Assembly (NCBI GenBank): GCA_050273025.1
Contig: CP158635.1
Coordinates: forward strand, 29,822,001-29,886,000
DNA: 64,000 bases
From: Cenococcum geophilum
Lineage: Eukaryota
Direction: 5' to 3'
Part shown: piece after piece, positions 23,707 through 37,100 of the stretch
Numbering within the stretch: position 1 is the first letter of the stretch
Layout: each line of letters begins with the position of its first letter
Translations under genes and position numbers: made by a program
The notes under the pieces: generated by a model
Told to the model about the DNA's origin: nothing
The model's database searches: none
Seen by the model: the letters and a program-made list of their open reading frames with translations, nothing else

Positions 23707-25911
23707 AGTTCGTCGTGAGGATCAAACAGAGTGGTGCAATCATGTTACGAAGTCTGGGTACGGAGGGATAGAAAGCTTGCGTGCGTCTGAGAAATTCAAG
23801 TCATGTGATTATTTGAGGCTTTGAAGCAAACACACCTGGAATTAACAGGTGTGGCTTATGGCTTAAGTGCAGTCGCTCAATTAGGGTAATTAGGGTTTCA
23901 ACAGATCAGCTACCTCCTCCGTAAAAATAAAAAACAAAGCAAAGCGCCAGAGCTAGACTGAAATAAGAATCCGATATAACGAATCCCGACTTAATCGGGT
24001 CACACGTAGCAGCCAGTCACCACCACCAAAATTTCAAAAGACCTAGGTTGCCGCGTACTTGTTTCTAGTAAAATTGGAGGGCAAAGAATTTATATACTGT
24101 GCGCTGTATCCAAGGGTCTACAATATGGAGAGGAGAAAGCAAAAATGAGAGATTTTGAGGCCTGACGGCTGCAGAGGCCCATCGACACTCAGACATAAAA
24201 ACCATTGAATCTAATAATCACGTAGGATCCGGGGCGTTTATGGGATTCACCGAGTGCCCCAGCCAGTAACGGCGGGCTGCTGCATGCTCTGCACTTTCTT
24301 CTGTGCTCCGAGTGCAGCACAACACAGCTTGTTCCAGCACCTTGAACGCCTGCCATCGTGCCAGCGCCCAGAGCGGTTCGCCGTCACATCTGGCGAAGTG
24401 TCTCCGAAAATGCCCCTCGCCTCTAGTTGTACTAGTACCTGGCCAGGGTCTTGATCTGATTACCCCCCTCATCCTGGTCACCACGTGCAATTTTGCGGGA
24501 GCGACCAGGGTGATTAAACCAAGATGGGGATAGCAGGTAGATTTTGTCCTTAGCCTCTTTCTTGCCTGGTACCCCTAAATCCACTCTCTGCCACTTAAAC
24601 CAAGAGCTTTTACAGTCGAGCTCGAGTTCGCCCTCCACGACTGGGCTACGAAAGAGAGATGTTGCAATACATTTTGCAAGGGGGAGCGCGTGTTGAGGAG
24701 TAGCTGAACATGGGGGGGCAGTGCTTTGGTGGCTTTGACTCTGCTGAATCTCGCAGCTTCCTCGCGGCACCCAACGCATTGCTGTAGTTCCCACATCCAA
24801 TGGATTCGGATGCCTCCGTGTTGCTGAGATACAAGTGGTTCGATGACAGCAACTATTGCGCAGAGGCATGGCGGTCTGCAGACACTCAGCAGCCTGCTGC
24901 TGGGCTGGCGGACAGCCACTCTTGAACTGGCTTCATTGATTTTGCTGTATTGGCCCTCAGGCTCTAATAGAGAAGGCGCCGTCTGCCGCGAGCCTCAGAC
25001 GAGAGGCGGCTAGTCGTGTAGCAGGGCCGCACCAAATCCAATATATGAACTAATAATAAGGATAAAAGCAATATTTTGCTCGGGCTAGTGGGAAAAGTGA
25101 AAAGTCTGTGCACACACTCGCTATGTGGTCCATAAGGAACCATTGAACGACAATCCGATAACATTTCCGGCGTCTTGGGAGGCGCCCGACGGAGCTTGAG
25201 ATGGATCTAGAATTCCAGCCCTCACTTCACCCGGAGTTTGCCGCCATAATCCTTTTGCGCTGCAACGCGAGGTCGGATAATTCATAATTTAATCCTTCGT
25301 GCCTCGAGGTTACGAAAATGCTCTCCGCAATTGATAGATAGCATACATGTAAATACGAAGTAGATCCTCACAAGCCTCTGGGGTGTTATGTTCGTAATCC
25401 TAGGCCCAGCGTCCACCTCCCGAACTAGTAGGGCTGAAACTCCCTTGCTTGTCGCCCGCAACAGTAAGAAATTGCTTCTTTGGCTTAAAGGGATTTCTTA
25501 GGCTTGCTAGGTTTAAACTCTGTCACGCCATCTTTGGATGTTGTGGCTTGAGCTAATTTCCTACAAGGGACAGGGCTGATGAAGCGACAGATCTCTTCCC
25601 CTGCCCTCTCCCCTTGAAGATTGGCCGTGCGGCTCTTCAGTATGTGATAGCTACTAATAAGTAGGCACTCTGATTTCTACTATCCCTAGATCCGCTATAT
25701 ACCATAACCTTCAGCAACCCCTTGTCCGTTATTGGGTTATTATCGCGTGCTCTTCACATTCATTACGGGGTACTCAGTACTAACAACAAGCCTTCAAATA
25801 GCCATTATTCCATGCGTTGAAAGGGAGAATTAGCATCTCATCAGCCGACCACGAGTTGCGAAAACCGAGTGTCAACAAGCCGAGTTCATATGATCCACAA
25901 TAGCAACAACC

Positions 25912-27670
25912 ATGCTACAGCCCATTGAAGACGAGTTGCCGGTCGACCATGACGAGAAGGTCCTCTTGTCTTTAGGTTACAAGCAAGAGTTCAAACGAGA
26001 ATTCAGTCTTTGGACCTCCTTCTGTGTCAGCTTCGCCGTGTTGGGGTTGCTTCCGAGTTTCGCATCGACGTTATTCTATGGCATGGGTTACGCTGGAACT
26101 GCGGGTGTGTTACTCTTTTTTTCTTTTCTTTTTTCTTCAAATAATATCGTGGACGGGTGTTACAGAATATTGGGCTGATATCAATCTCCTTTCCAGGGAT
26201 GGTCTGGGGATGGATAATTGCCATGGCCTTTATCCAATGTGTCGCCCTGAGCTTGGCTGAACTCTGTTCATCAATGCCAACAAGGTCAGAATTGCATTCA
26301 CAGTCCATCGTATGGCATATTCTGACGTTCCTTTATGCAGCGGTGGTCTCTATTATGCGTCGGCTGTTCTTGCACCCCCAGGCTGGGGCCCTATTGCATC
26401 TTGGGCGACTGGCTGGTCCAGTTGGATTGGACAAGTCACAGGTGCACCATCGGTCAACTATTCAGTGGCGGCAATGATTCTTGCTGCTCGGTCGATAACC
26501 GACTCGGATTACGTACCAACGAACTACGAGTTGTTCCTCCTCACCACTTTCCTCATGATCATCCAAAGTTGCATTAGCAGCATGCCAACCAAGTGGATCG
26601 CTGTCTTCAATTCTTTGGGGTCTAGCTTCAACATGGTAGCAGTAATCATTGTCATCATTCTCATACCTGTAGCTACTGTAACGGATCCTAAGTTCACACC
26701 AACTTATCGAGTATGGAGCAACATCGACAATGGTACAGATTTCCCCAATGGTATCGCCATATTAATGAGTTTCATCAGCGTTATGTGGGCAATGTCAGGC
26801 TTTGATGCGCCTTTTCATCTGAGCGAGGAATGCGCCATTGCTGACGTCGCCTCTCCGCGCGCCATTGTTTTGACGTCTGCAATTGGTGGCATATTTGGTT
26901 GGGTCTTGCAGATTGTTGTTGCGTACACAGTCGTCGACATTGGGGCAGTCCTCAACTCTGACCTTGGCCAACCGTGGGCGACCTACTTGCTCCAGGTTCT
27001 GCCGATGAAGACTGCGCTTGCCACTCTCGCATTGACTATAATAGCTGGCTTCTCCATGGGTCAAGGTTGCATGGTTGCAGCTTCTCGAGTCACCTATGCC
27101 TACGCCCGTGACGGTTGCTTCCCCATGTCAAAATACTGGCGGAAAGTGAACAGCCACACCAAGACACCGGTCAATGCGGTATGGTTCAACTGTACCGTTG
27201 GCATCCTGCTTTGCCTCCTTATATTTGCTGGGGAGGTGGCTATCCTAGCCATCTTCTCTGTCGGCGCCATTGCTTGCTTTATTGCATTCACGATCCCCAT
27301 CTCTTTGAGGGTCTTCTTTGTCGGCAATAGGTTTCGAAGGGGACCTTGGCATCTTGGAAAGTTTGGCAAGCCGATCGGAGCGGCCGCTGTTGCATTCGTC
27401 GTTCTAATGGTTCCGGTATTGTGTTTACCTAGCACGATAGGAAGTGACCTCAAGTAAGTCCTTCAAAGCCCTATCATAAGCAGAAAAGTTATTGACTGAA
27501 TTATTAGCTCTTCCAATATGAACTGGACCTGTCTTGTGTACGGGGCTCCCATGCTATTTGCTTTACTCTGGTTTGCCATTGACGCCCGCAAGTGGTTCAA
27601 AGGACCAAGGGTTAATGCCAAGCATGCCATGATCGGCCAAGTTATTAAAGAACTCGGGGGGCAGGCTTGA
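25912..27670 (+). CDS. Amino acid/polyamine permease (APC superfamily, GABA/choline ACT-type)
   Basis: Exons 25912-26104, 26197-26284, 26341-27453, 27508-27670. Motifs LGYKQEFKREFS, AELCSSMPTSGGLYY, GFDAPFHLSEE, SRVTYAYARDG, PVNAV, MNWTCLVYG, ARKWFKGP. Confidence 0.93.
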
Positions 27671-27959
27671 ATATAATGCGGGTTTGATTGATTAATCCAT
27701 AGTCCGTTCAAGTTGTCAGATGGCGGCGCTTGCTGCGGATCCTAATTTCCTGTTGAGCTTCGGGAGGTCAGGGCGTTGCTAATAATAGCTTCAAAGGAAG
27801 TGAATTGATTGATTGAACAAAGTGATTGAATTCATCTGTTTCTAAAATACTAAAGAATCAAGGGGAGTATAATACAGATTAATCCACCAAAACTAGCCTA
27901 ATTACACAGTTAGAACGTCCCGTATAGATGATACACCTAAGCCTTAGCGTGTTCGATCC

Positions 27960-30718
27960 TGTTGAACGTAGAATAAGGATAAGGACTCTGTCTATTAAAG
28001 AGGGCTCTAGAAGCTCTCTATATACATCAGATATGTGACAAATAGAATGACGACGACGTCATTCAGTAGGTCATAGTTAATGGAAACAGGTGGTGGGACG
28101 TTTGATGAGACATTCAATGAGACATAGTTCGTATAGACGATCTAGGTCGTTAGACAGTAGTACAATAGTGGTAAGGAACTCCAATTCAGGTCGACACACC
28201 CCCCCAGCTAATCGACCAGTCGGTGATCAGCTAAATATATCAATATACCCAAATAGGAAATATCCATGGTATTAAACTAATAAGTAAGGAGATAATGCAA
28301 ATAAGCCAAACAGTCTGTAAAGCGCCAATCGATCTTATTAATATAGGAATTCTAGTTAAGCCAAAGCTTCTTTTAAGGTCTAGTAATCTGGTACTTCTTA
28401 ATTAGCTTATCCTTAAATAGTTAAAGCTTTAGTACGTTCTCTCTGCGGCAAATCGCCACAATATCGTCAACATAGACGCGGTAGGTCTCACGCGTCTGTT
28501 CTTCAGGAACTGCTTCTAGACGCGCCGTTCTTCGTATCAACGGCTCGGAAGGTCCTGCTGGGGTCTCGTCTGGGGTAGGAGGCTCTGGGGTCTGTTCTGG
28601 GGTAAGATCTAGGGTAGAATCTAGGGTAAGAAGCTCTGGTAAGAAGTTGTCTTTTGAGGCTTGTGGGCTAATAACGTCATCGTCTTAACGGCTAAGCTCC
28701 TCTCAATCGGTCGCTTAATCTTAATTTCCATTAAAATCCACCTGTCGACTTCCACTAATATCCTCTCGAATTTTATCTATAATCTCGTTAAGTTCGTCTA
28801 ACGTCTCGTTAAGCTCTTCCTAAAGTCCTTCCTGATTAGGAATATGGTTAAATAAGGCCTTGCTTAAGGTCTTCGGTCGTAGTTCGTTATACTTAAGCGT
28901 CGATTGATCGCAATGGCGCTCGCAATAGGCAAATATCTTATTGTCTTTATACAGTAGGTTCCTTCTATTGTCCCACCATACGTCCTTATTATTGAACTTC
29001 TTTAAGCAGGCCAAATTCGTATGGAAATCCGGTATGTACGCTGCCTTAGCTAGTAAAATCTCCCTGGGACCTAATGGCGTCTAGATCGTAACTACTGCCG
29101 TCCCTATACCCTTAATCGGGTCTATACCCGTTCTGGTATATACAAAGCCATTACCTAGTTAGAGCTCGCTAACGAACCTTAATCAATCGTTAATAACGTA
29201 TATACTAGTTGCATTATTAAGAATCACGCTGTTACGCAGTGGGTAGTTAGTACCCGCATTTTGGGTATCTACTTACTATACAGCAAATATACTATCTAGT
29301 CCCTTTTTAACTTCCTTTTTAACTTCCTTTTCTAAAGCCTACTGCCTTAGCTTCTCTATTTTTAACTTAATCCAATTTAGGGTGCTAGCAATCCTTTCCT
29401 TAACCTTCTTAGCTGTGGCTTTATCTGGTTTCTAATCCTTTAGCTAAGCTAGTTTATTAATATAAGGACAATCTTAGAACTAATAAACCTCTCTATAGTA
29501 GCACGTTGGGGTATCTTTCTTCTGTGCCGTTAAGGTAGGGGTAGTAGAAGCTTCGCCCTTTGGAGCTCCGTTAATTAACTTACCCTTAAAGTTTACTGTA
29601 TTAGCACTAAGCTGATCTCTACTATCCTAAGTAGTTTTTAGTCGTTAATAGTTACGGTATATTTCGACTAGTCGATCTATAGATATTATGTCGTCACTAG
29701 CCTAGTCGTATTTGTTAAATTCGACCCTCCACGTTAAAGCCTAATTTAGTAATACTAGCTCTACGGCCATTAAAAAGTCTCTAATCGCTTAATCGCCTTT
29801 TACGTCTAGCAGGTCAATCTTTTTATAATCGGTGTACGTCTTCTCTTAGTTCTGTAGCTAGACCTTAACGTTCTAGTTCTTTAGGCCCTTCTTAACCGTA
29901 GCGTACTACGTATATAGGTAGAGCTAACGTACACTATCCGTAGGGGTAACTCTCCCCTTAAAAGCCACCAGGGTATTATATACTAAGTTAATACCCAGTA
30001 TATAGGTGTTAATATTTCTGGCCACTACACCGGTAATATAGCTTCGTAGATAGGTTAAAGCCGCCTTCTACTTCTTATATTCCTTCTCTACTAATCTATA
30101 CCTTTCGCGGAGAATTTAAAGCTCGTCCTTCTCGTCCTTAAAAAGGGCCGCATATAACGTTGTTCCTGACTTCACATTTAAAGGCTTAGGAAAGACTGGT
30201 TTAAGCAGTTAAGGCAATTTATCCTACTTAGTAGAGGGGTCAACGTATTCCTATACGTCTTCTATTCTGGCTTAAAGCCTAATAAGGTTAATCCATTCGT
30301 CCTAATCAGCTTAGCTTAATAATATCACCGTCGTGGTAATAGCTTAGGTAAACGGTTAAGAAGTTATATTAAAGGTGCTTGCAAAGACGAATAAAGGATT
30401 TAATAATAAACAACGACTTAATAAGGGATATAATCAATCAAATTAGTAGGGGCAATACGGCAAGCAACCTGGGCTTATAACTATTAAATATAGAATAAGG
30501 ATGAGGACTCTGTCTATTAAAGAGGGCTCTAAAAGCTCTCTATATATATTAGATATGTAACAAATAGAATGACGACGACGTTATTTAGTAGGTCATAGTT
30601 AATGGAAACAGGTAATGAGACGTTTGATAAGATATTCGATAAGACATAGTTTATATAGACGATCTAGGTCGTCAGACAGTAATACAATAGTAGTAAGGAA
30701 CTCCGATTCAGGTCGACA
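27960..30718 (-). mobile_element. Internally deleted Ty1/Copia element (gag plus protease only)
   Basis: 237-bp LTRs 27960-28196 and 30482-30718; TSD GATCC (27955-27959 / 30719-30723); PBS-like GTTATAAGCCC after the 5' LTR; G-rich PPT; zinc-knuckle and ILNNATSIYV protease relics; no RT or integrase core seen. Confidence 0.9.
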
Positions 30719-31988
30719 GATCCTAAGGTAGCTTAAATCGTAGGTTATATAAGCCTACTATTAGTTACAGGCTTAAAGCACCCTAAGTTACAGCCAAGAC
30801 TACTATATTCCCGTTTTGACTTACATTTCCTATTACCCCTATTCTTGATTATATATAGAGCAGTGATCTATTTAGACTAGAGTGGCGTAGATCTAAGGTC
30901 AAATCCACTCCATCTACTAAAAAGACAATTTGGCTCTAGGAGCGCTATGGAGCTCCAGTGTAGATATATACTATTTATAGTAAGTCTTAGCACGACTGTA
31001 GTGTTATATTTAGGGGGTAGGAGGCGTTTAAACTTACTAAAAAAGATCGTTAGATTTGCTTAGTTTCCTTATTACTCTCCTCTATAGTCTTATTGTCCTT
31101 AATAACTACCACTCTATTACTAAGCTTAGGCTCTTTCTTAGAGCCAATCTCTTCTTTCTTAATTATATTAAACTACTCCTTAAAGTTAAAGCCCTAAGTG
31201 TCCTTAGGTTTAGTAAGTAAGTAATATATTAGCTACAGAATCTAGGACGCCCGCTTACTCTCCTACTACTACCATTACTTTTACTACTATTTATCTATAT
31301 CTATACTTACCATTATAGTATTATATTTAGCTCCCTCTAAAATAAAATAATATCTATTAGTTTAGCCGGCTCTATACTTTAATAAAGTTATCCTTATTCC
31401 TATATTATAGCACTAAGCTTAGACTCCTAGAACTCGGTTACCTCCTAAACTTAGTTACTCTACCAAATCGGCCACACTACTTTAGAAGCTATTTACACTT
31501 AACAAAATTTAATTAATTATTTGCCCTTATATGCTATTTAGTATATCGGCTTCGGGCTTTCTATCTAGCGTATTTTAAAGCTTTAATTTTGGCCCCTTTA
31601 CCCTTATTTTGGCCTTTTCCCCCTCTACCTTTACTATAGCTTTGTTTATTATATCTATATATTTTAGTATTATATTTAGATCTACTATTATCCATTTATA
31701 TAATTTTGGACTTTTAAGGTCTTTAAGTTATAATTATAAGTTATATATTTAGGCGCCTATATATATAGCCTTTAGAATAACTCTCTAAAGTTATTAACTT
31801 ATTTTTTATAAAAGTAACCAAGTCTCTTAATTAATTATATACTTATTAAAAGGCCTTAAGCTATATAATATATATTATAAGGCTTCTTTAGGGTCATTAT
31901 ATTATTAAATTAATTACTATTAGCTTTTTTAAAGCTTAGCCCCTTTATTAAAGCCCTATTTTTTATCTAAAAATATTTAGAGCCTTTA

Positions 31989-32232
31989 TGTTATGGAAGT
32001 GGGCACGAGCTGGAATATAATATACTAAACAGGGTAGTAATTGAAGAAGGCTACGTACGCGTAACTATGCGTGGTTGATATAAAGATATTTAGATGCAGA
32101 AACAGAATAGGTTAGGTATGGGTATAAATAGGGGTTGTAGGGGAACGTGCGTAGGTGTCTTGGGACGAACGTGAGCACGGGTTAAGAACGTCAAAACGCG
32201 CAGAGACGTGAGAACGTGTGAGTCCCGTGACA
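31989..32232. mobile_element. Solo LTR (244 bp)
   Basis: TGTTATGG...CCGTGACA termini; TSD CTTTA (31984-31988 / 32233-32237). Confidence 0.88.
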
Positions 32233-33317
32233 CTTTATGTAGACTTTATAAATAAATACTAAAGATATACTGCCTAAAATTAGTTATTTTTATTATAAAG
32301 CCTTTTTTTAGGTCTTATAGTAATACTTAGTAAAATAGTACTTCTGAATTAGAGCTATATTATTAAGATATATATACTTTATAATTTACTTAAAATATTT
32401 TAACTTAATAGAGGAGATTTAAAATAGATTTAAGGGTTATTGTATTAAATGAAGTAGCAAAAAAGAATCTATATATTGTATATTTTATATTTTATTAAAA
32501 ACTTAACTATATAATGGCTTATATAGCTATTAAAGGAATATAATTAAACTTTATTACTAAAAAAATTAGTTTTAAATATAATTTTTTATTATTAAATTGC
32601 CTAAATATAATATATTTAACTATTTAACTATTCTTTTAGGCTATATATATTTAATAAAATACTTTACCTTAGTATACTTATATTAATTAAGGGTATTTTC
32701 CTTTAAAATAAATTATCTAGCGAAGGGCAAATATTATCTTTATAATAAATACCTATTTATAATTATTAAACAACTTTATAGAAAACTTTTTTTAAAAGAT
32801 ATATCTTATTGTAATTAAATTTATATATATGCTTAATATAACTCTAAATTTGTCTGTATTTTAGGTATTTTTTACCTATATATTAACCTTTTTTTACACC
32901 CATTTATAAAGGCTATAAAACTTTTAAATTTACTCTAGTTATACTTTATTAATTTATATACCTTCTACTAATTAGGTATATATAATTTTTATATAAAGAT
33001 TTTATTTAGAGTAGCTAATTACCTATATTTTACTAAGGGGCTTAGTATTACTACCTTAACCAAAGTGTCGGTATACTCGCTTTATCAACGTGCACGAATA
33101 TCACTTATAGTGGTACGTATGCGGTGTTGAAGTTGGTAGTTGATTGTTGTCTAGAAGAAAGGGGTTACTCTAAGGTTAGATAGTTAGTCTCGCTTTATAG
33201 TCCTATAACTATATTACATAATTAATATTCCGACACTAGAGCAACTCTAAAAAGAAGGCTAATCTATACTCTAAAGTTAAGTCTTCTAGACTACTCGTAA
33301 CGTATACGCAATAGCAA

Positions 33318-33465
33318 CTTTCTGCTAAATTCTACCATATTACCAAATTCTGCCAAATTCTGCTATATTACTGAATTCTGCCAAATTCTACCATAATACC
33401 GAATTCTGCCAAATTCTGCTATGTTACCGAATTCTGCTAAATTCTACTAAACCTAACTTCTGCTA
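33318..33465. repeat. Tandem ~30-bp repeat built from a 10-bp AATTCTGCCA-like unit
   Basis: Visible directly (attctgccaaattctgctatattactgaattctgccaa...). Confidence 0.85.
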
Positions 33466-36400
33466 ACTAATTAGGATTTTCTATCCCTGGGATGGAAAAT
33501 CGCTATTAGCTCGCTTAGTACTAGCGCTAACGCTAAACTAAAGTTAAATCCGTTCGCTTAACCTACCCTATAGCCCGTAATTTAACTTAATTTATATTAA
33601 TAAGCTATAATAGTGCCGTATAGGGCTTACCCTTTGTTATAGCGTCTGTAGGGTTAGTATCTCCATTGATCTACTTAACTTTAGTAATCTGTCTTCGTTT
33701 ATAAGCTTAGCGAAGGCACATTATATTAATTATTAAGCGTTTCTCTTACGTAGTTCCTAGTCGGATAAGACAGTTATATAAAGACTTTAAATTAGTATAG
33801 AGAATAAGTGGTAAGTTGACCTGTAAGACCTTGTCTAGCGTAGATTTAATTATAGCGCCTATGTCGAAACCATGCGCTATGCTGTATAACTCTGAGGCTA
33901 ATACACTCCTAGTGACTCTTTTGCACTTAATTGAGGACCAGTAGACAATATTTGCCTTATTTAAGGCGTCTGCTAGTATAAGTACGTAGCCAATTTGCGA
34001 AGATAAGTCCTTATTATTGGCGAAGGAAGCGTCCGTAAATACTAGGAGTTATAAGGTATTAACGTCTAGCTTAATAAACTTTAGGCCTCTATTTGCGTTC
34101 TCAATCTACCAGCTTAATTAAGTTGCTTCGTCGACTACGTATAGTAGGGGGGAGCCGTTAATATACATAATGTCGACAATGATATTATAATTAAAATTAA
34201 CGTTGTCTTGTAAGGTGAAGCGAAATCTACCTAGAGATCTACTAAACTTCTAGCAATAGTGGCAGAGTCTAGTTAGCTCTTCAATAGCAGATCTATTAGT
34301 GTTATAGCCGTAGCTAGTCTTATTAAGAAGCTTTTATAGTTTATTAACTAATGGGTAACCAAATTAACGGTATAGGCGTCGTAGTTCTACGTCGGTTAAA
34401 TAGTAAGGGTTCGTATTAAAAGACTTAACGAGATAGGACTGTAAGGAAAAGCTCCATAAAAGAAATGGGTGGCCAAATCGTCTAACCACTAGCACCTTTT
34501 TAGTGCGAGTAATAATGACGTTCTTTAGGTTATTGTATTTAATATAAAGTCTATCTATATCTGCCAAGCAAAGTAGAAAGGGAGTATCTGCTTTAATAAT
34601 ATGGAATTATATCTTACCTATAGGGCTGTTAATGACTATAGTTCCGATAGACGTAGAGGCTCCAATCCCAAATTAGATAGTTACTTAGCCCTTAGTTAAC
34701 GTATTAAGACTTACGGACTTATCTACGGCCTATAGAGCTTAGAATTAACTATAGCCAGCTATAGACTTGCGCAAAGCACCTATATTAATTATAATTCCTA
34801 TAAAAACCGTTAAGGTATACCGTGACGCTATAGCTATAGCCGTACTATAGGCAAATGGGTCGGTCTCCGTATGAGGCTCCGTAGTAGACTCCGTAGTGAG
34901 TATTAAAGCCATAAGTAGGTGCGTATAAGCCTTATTAGCTAGCTCTATGCTTATAGAGGTTGCTTTCTCTATAGTAAGCGTTCTAAAGGTAGTGATGTAG
35001 GTAGAACTATTGTTAGGTTCTCCGGCATCGCTTCTAGAGTCGTTAGCGTCGTATATATAGGCTTTAAAGTCTAAGTTATCCTCTTTATCTCTTTCGTAGG
35101 CGGCGACGTATTATTTAAAGTAGTTATTAAAGTTGCCCTTATTGCGGCCCTTAATATCAATAAAATGTCTCTTATAGTTGTCTCTAGACCGATTACGCTC
35201 CTCCTCTATATATTTCTATAAACGGCAGTTCTCCCTCTTACAGACGTAGTACTTAGCCTTTAGTCTGCTGTTAGTTTTATAGGGGCGATTGCTGCTATAG
35301 CGATTGGTATTTTGGTCTTAATTCTGGTTATTTCGGTAGTAACATTAATCCGTAAAAAAGGCTTAGTAAGACGATCTTATTAAGGCCTATAGGGGGTGTT
35401 CTTTTTCCCACGCAATAATAGAGGATTATAGCTTACTAATTAATTAAGAGAGGTCTTCTAAAGGGTTAGAGACAGTAATACGGCATACTAGTACTCCCTA
35501 GCAAGCGGTAACTAGCTTATTTATAAGAATACGGTTTATATAGAAGTCTAGATATAGTCTATAACGTTGCTTTAGCAGCTTATCTATAAGTAGTTAGAAG
35601 TTCTAATAGATTAACCTATTAGGGTTCTCGTCTATAACTCCTTAAAGGGTTATACTGTTCCACTCTATAAGGTTCTTGTAGTAGTATTCTAGCCCTTTAA
35701 AGAATTGTTGTATATAGTTACAGGCTTCTATAAAAGGTCTTAACTTAAGGTTACTATTATAGTAGTAGTCCTAAGCAAGCCCTTTTAGTATGCTAGGGAA
35801 TACTACTATATAGCCTTCTAGTGGTAAGCTAGATCTCTTACAGATATTATAGAAGATAGTTAGCTTAAAGTTAAAGCTGTTATTAACTCTATCGTACTTT
35901 TGGTTGTCTATATAGATCTTTATAATTATAGCCACCTCCTTACTATATCTAGGTCCTTGCTCCACACTAGGTATAGCTAGTTTAGGTAGTATATATATAT
36001 ATAGCTGCTGCGGTTACTATAGCTGCTGCAGTTGCTGCTCTTTTAACTATAGCAGTTAGTTAATAAAAGCGTAGATTTAGTTATAATTAGAGGATTAAGG
36101 ACCGGGAGGGGTAGCGGGGGTAGCGGGGGTAGCAATTAGAGTAGCTGGCGGTGCCGTAACTGGAGTAGCTAGTAGTACAGTAGCTGGAATAGCTAGTGGA
36201 GTTGGTAGAGTAGCTAGTGGTAGTAGTAGGGCTGGAGGTGTAGCAAGCTTATCTAAGGTTAAATTAAGTTAGTCTTGTAGAGTTATTATAATTATTAGCT
36301 TTACCTCTATAAGGGCCGTAATAAGCTCCTTATCTGTCCATTTATAAAACTCTTCTTTATTAGCAACGTCCGTTAGCACCTTACTAAGGGAGTATCTTTT

Positions 36401-36804
36401 ATCTTACTTAATAATATATACTCCTCTCTTAACTAGGTATTAATGGATTCCCATTTTAGTATTAGATTATACTTGTTTAAAGGTCTCCGGTATAAAGTTC
36501 TTAAAGTCTTCCTAAAACACTATCTATAATGCAAAGTCTATAAGGTTAAATCGTGTGTATAGGTGCATCTTGGTCTCCATATACTCCGTTAGGTCGTTAT
36601 CTATAGCCGTTTCCAAGTTAATTCCGTAGCTATATTTAGTAATTCTTTCCTTCCAGTCAGTTTCTATACTGTCGTGTCTTAGTATATAAGGGTAGGTGTA
36701 AGGGTAGTTGTTAGGTTTAAGGTAAGGGTGTAAAGGTATATATATGTCCTATTAACGAATCTACAGTTCTTGGATACTATAGACGATTCTTAGTAAAGAT
36801 ACAG

Positions 36805-37100
36805 TCCTCTAGGCGATCTGACGCGTTAACAGTTAAGTTAATACGTGGTTTTAAGCTTTAAGGGTCCTCTAGGCGATCTAACGCATTAGCAAGCTGATAC
36901 GTAGTTTTAAGCTTTAAGGATAACGTAGCTCTCTCTAAGTAAAGATATGGTTCTCTAGGCGATCTAACGCGTTAACAGTTAAGCTAATACGTGGTTTCGA
37001 GCTTTAAGGGTAACGTAGTTTTCTCCTTTAACTAAAATAGGGCGATAGCTCTGCGATTTAACGCGTTAGCAGTTAAGCTAATGCGTGGTTTTAAGCTTTG
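36805..37100. repeat. Four imperfect tandem copies (~55-90 bp spacing) in the Copia 5' leader
   Basis: GCGATCT.ACGCGTTA.CAGTTAAG.TAATACGTGGTTT.AAGCTTT recurs four times. Confidence 0.8.

Noticed and set aside
23831..23900. CACACCTG-N7-CAGGTGTG palindrome and two TTAGGG units
   Set aside because: Too short to separate from chance; not a telomere.
15235..27670. ALDH plus GABA-type permease as an amine catabolism cluster
   Set aside because: Separated by unrelated housekeeping genes, and no amine oxidase or transaminase is present.
33318..37100. Repeat arrays as possible CRISPR
   Set aside because: Eukaryotic retroelement UTR repeats; no regular unique spacers and no cas genes.
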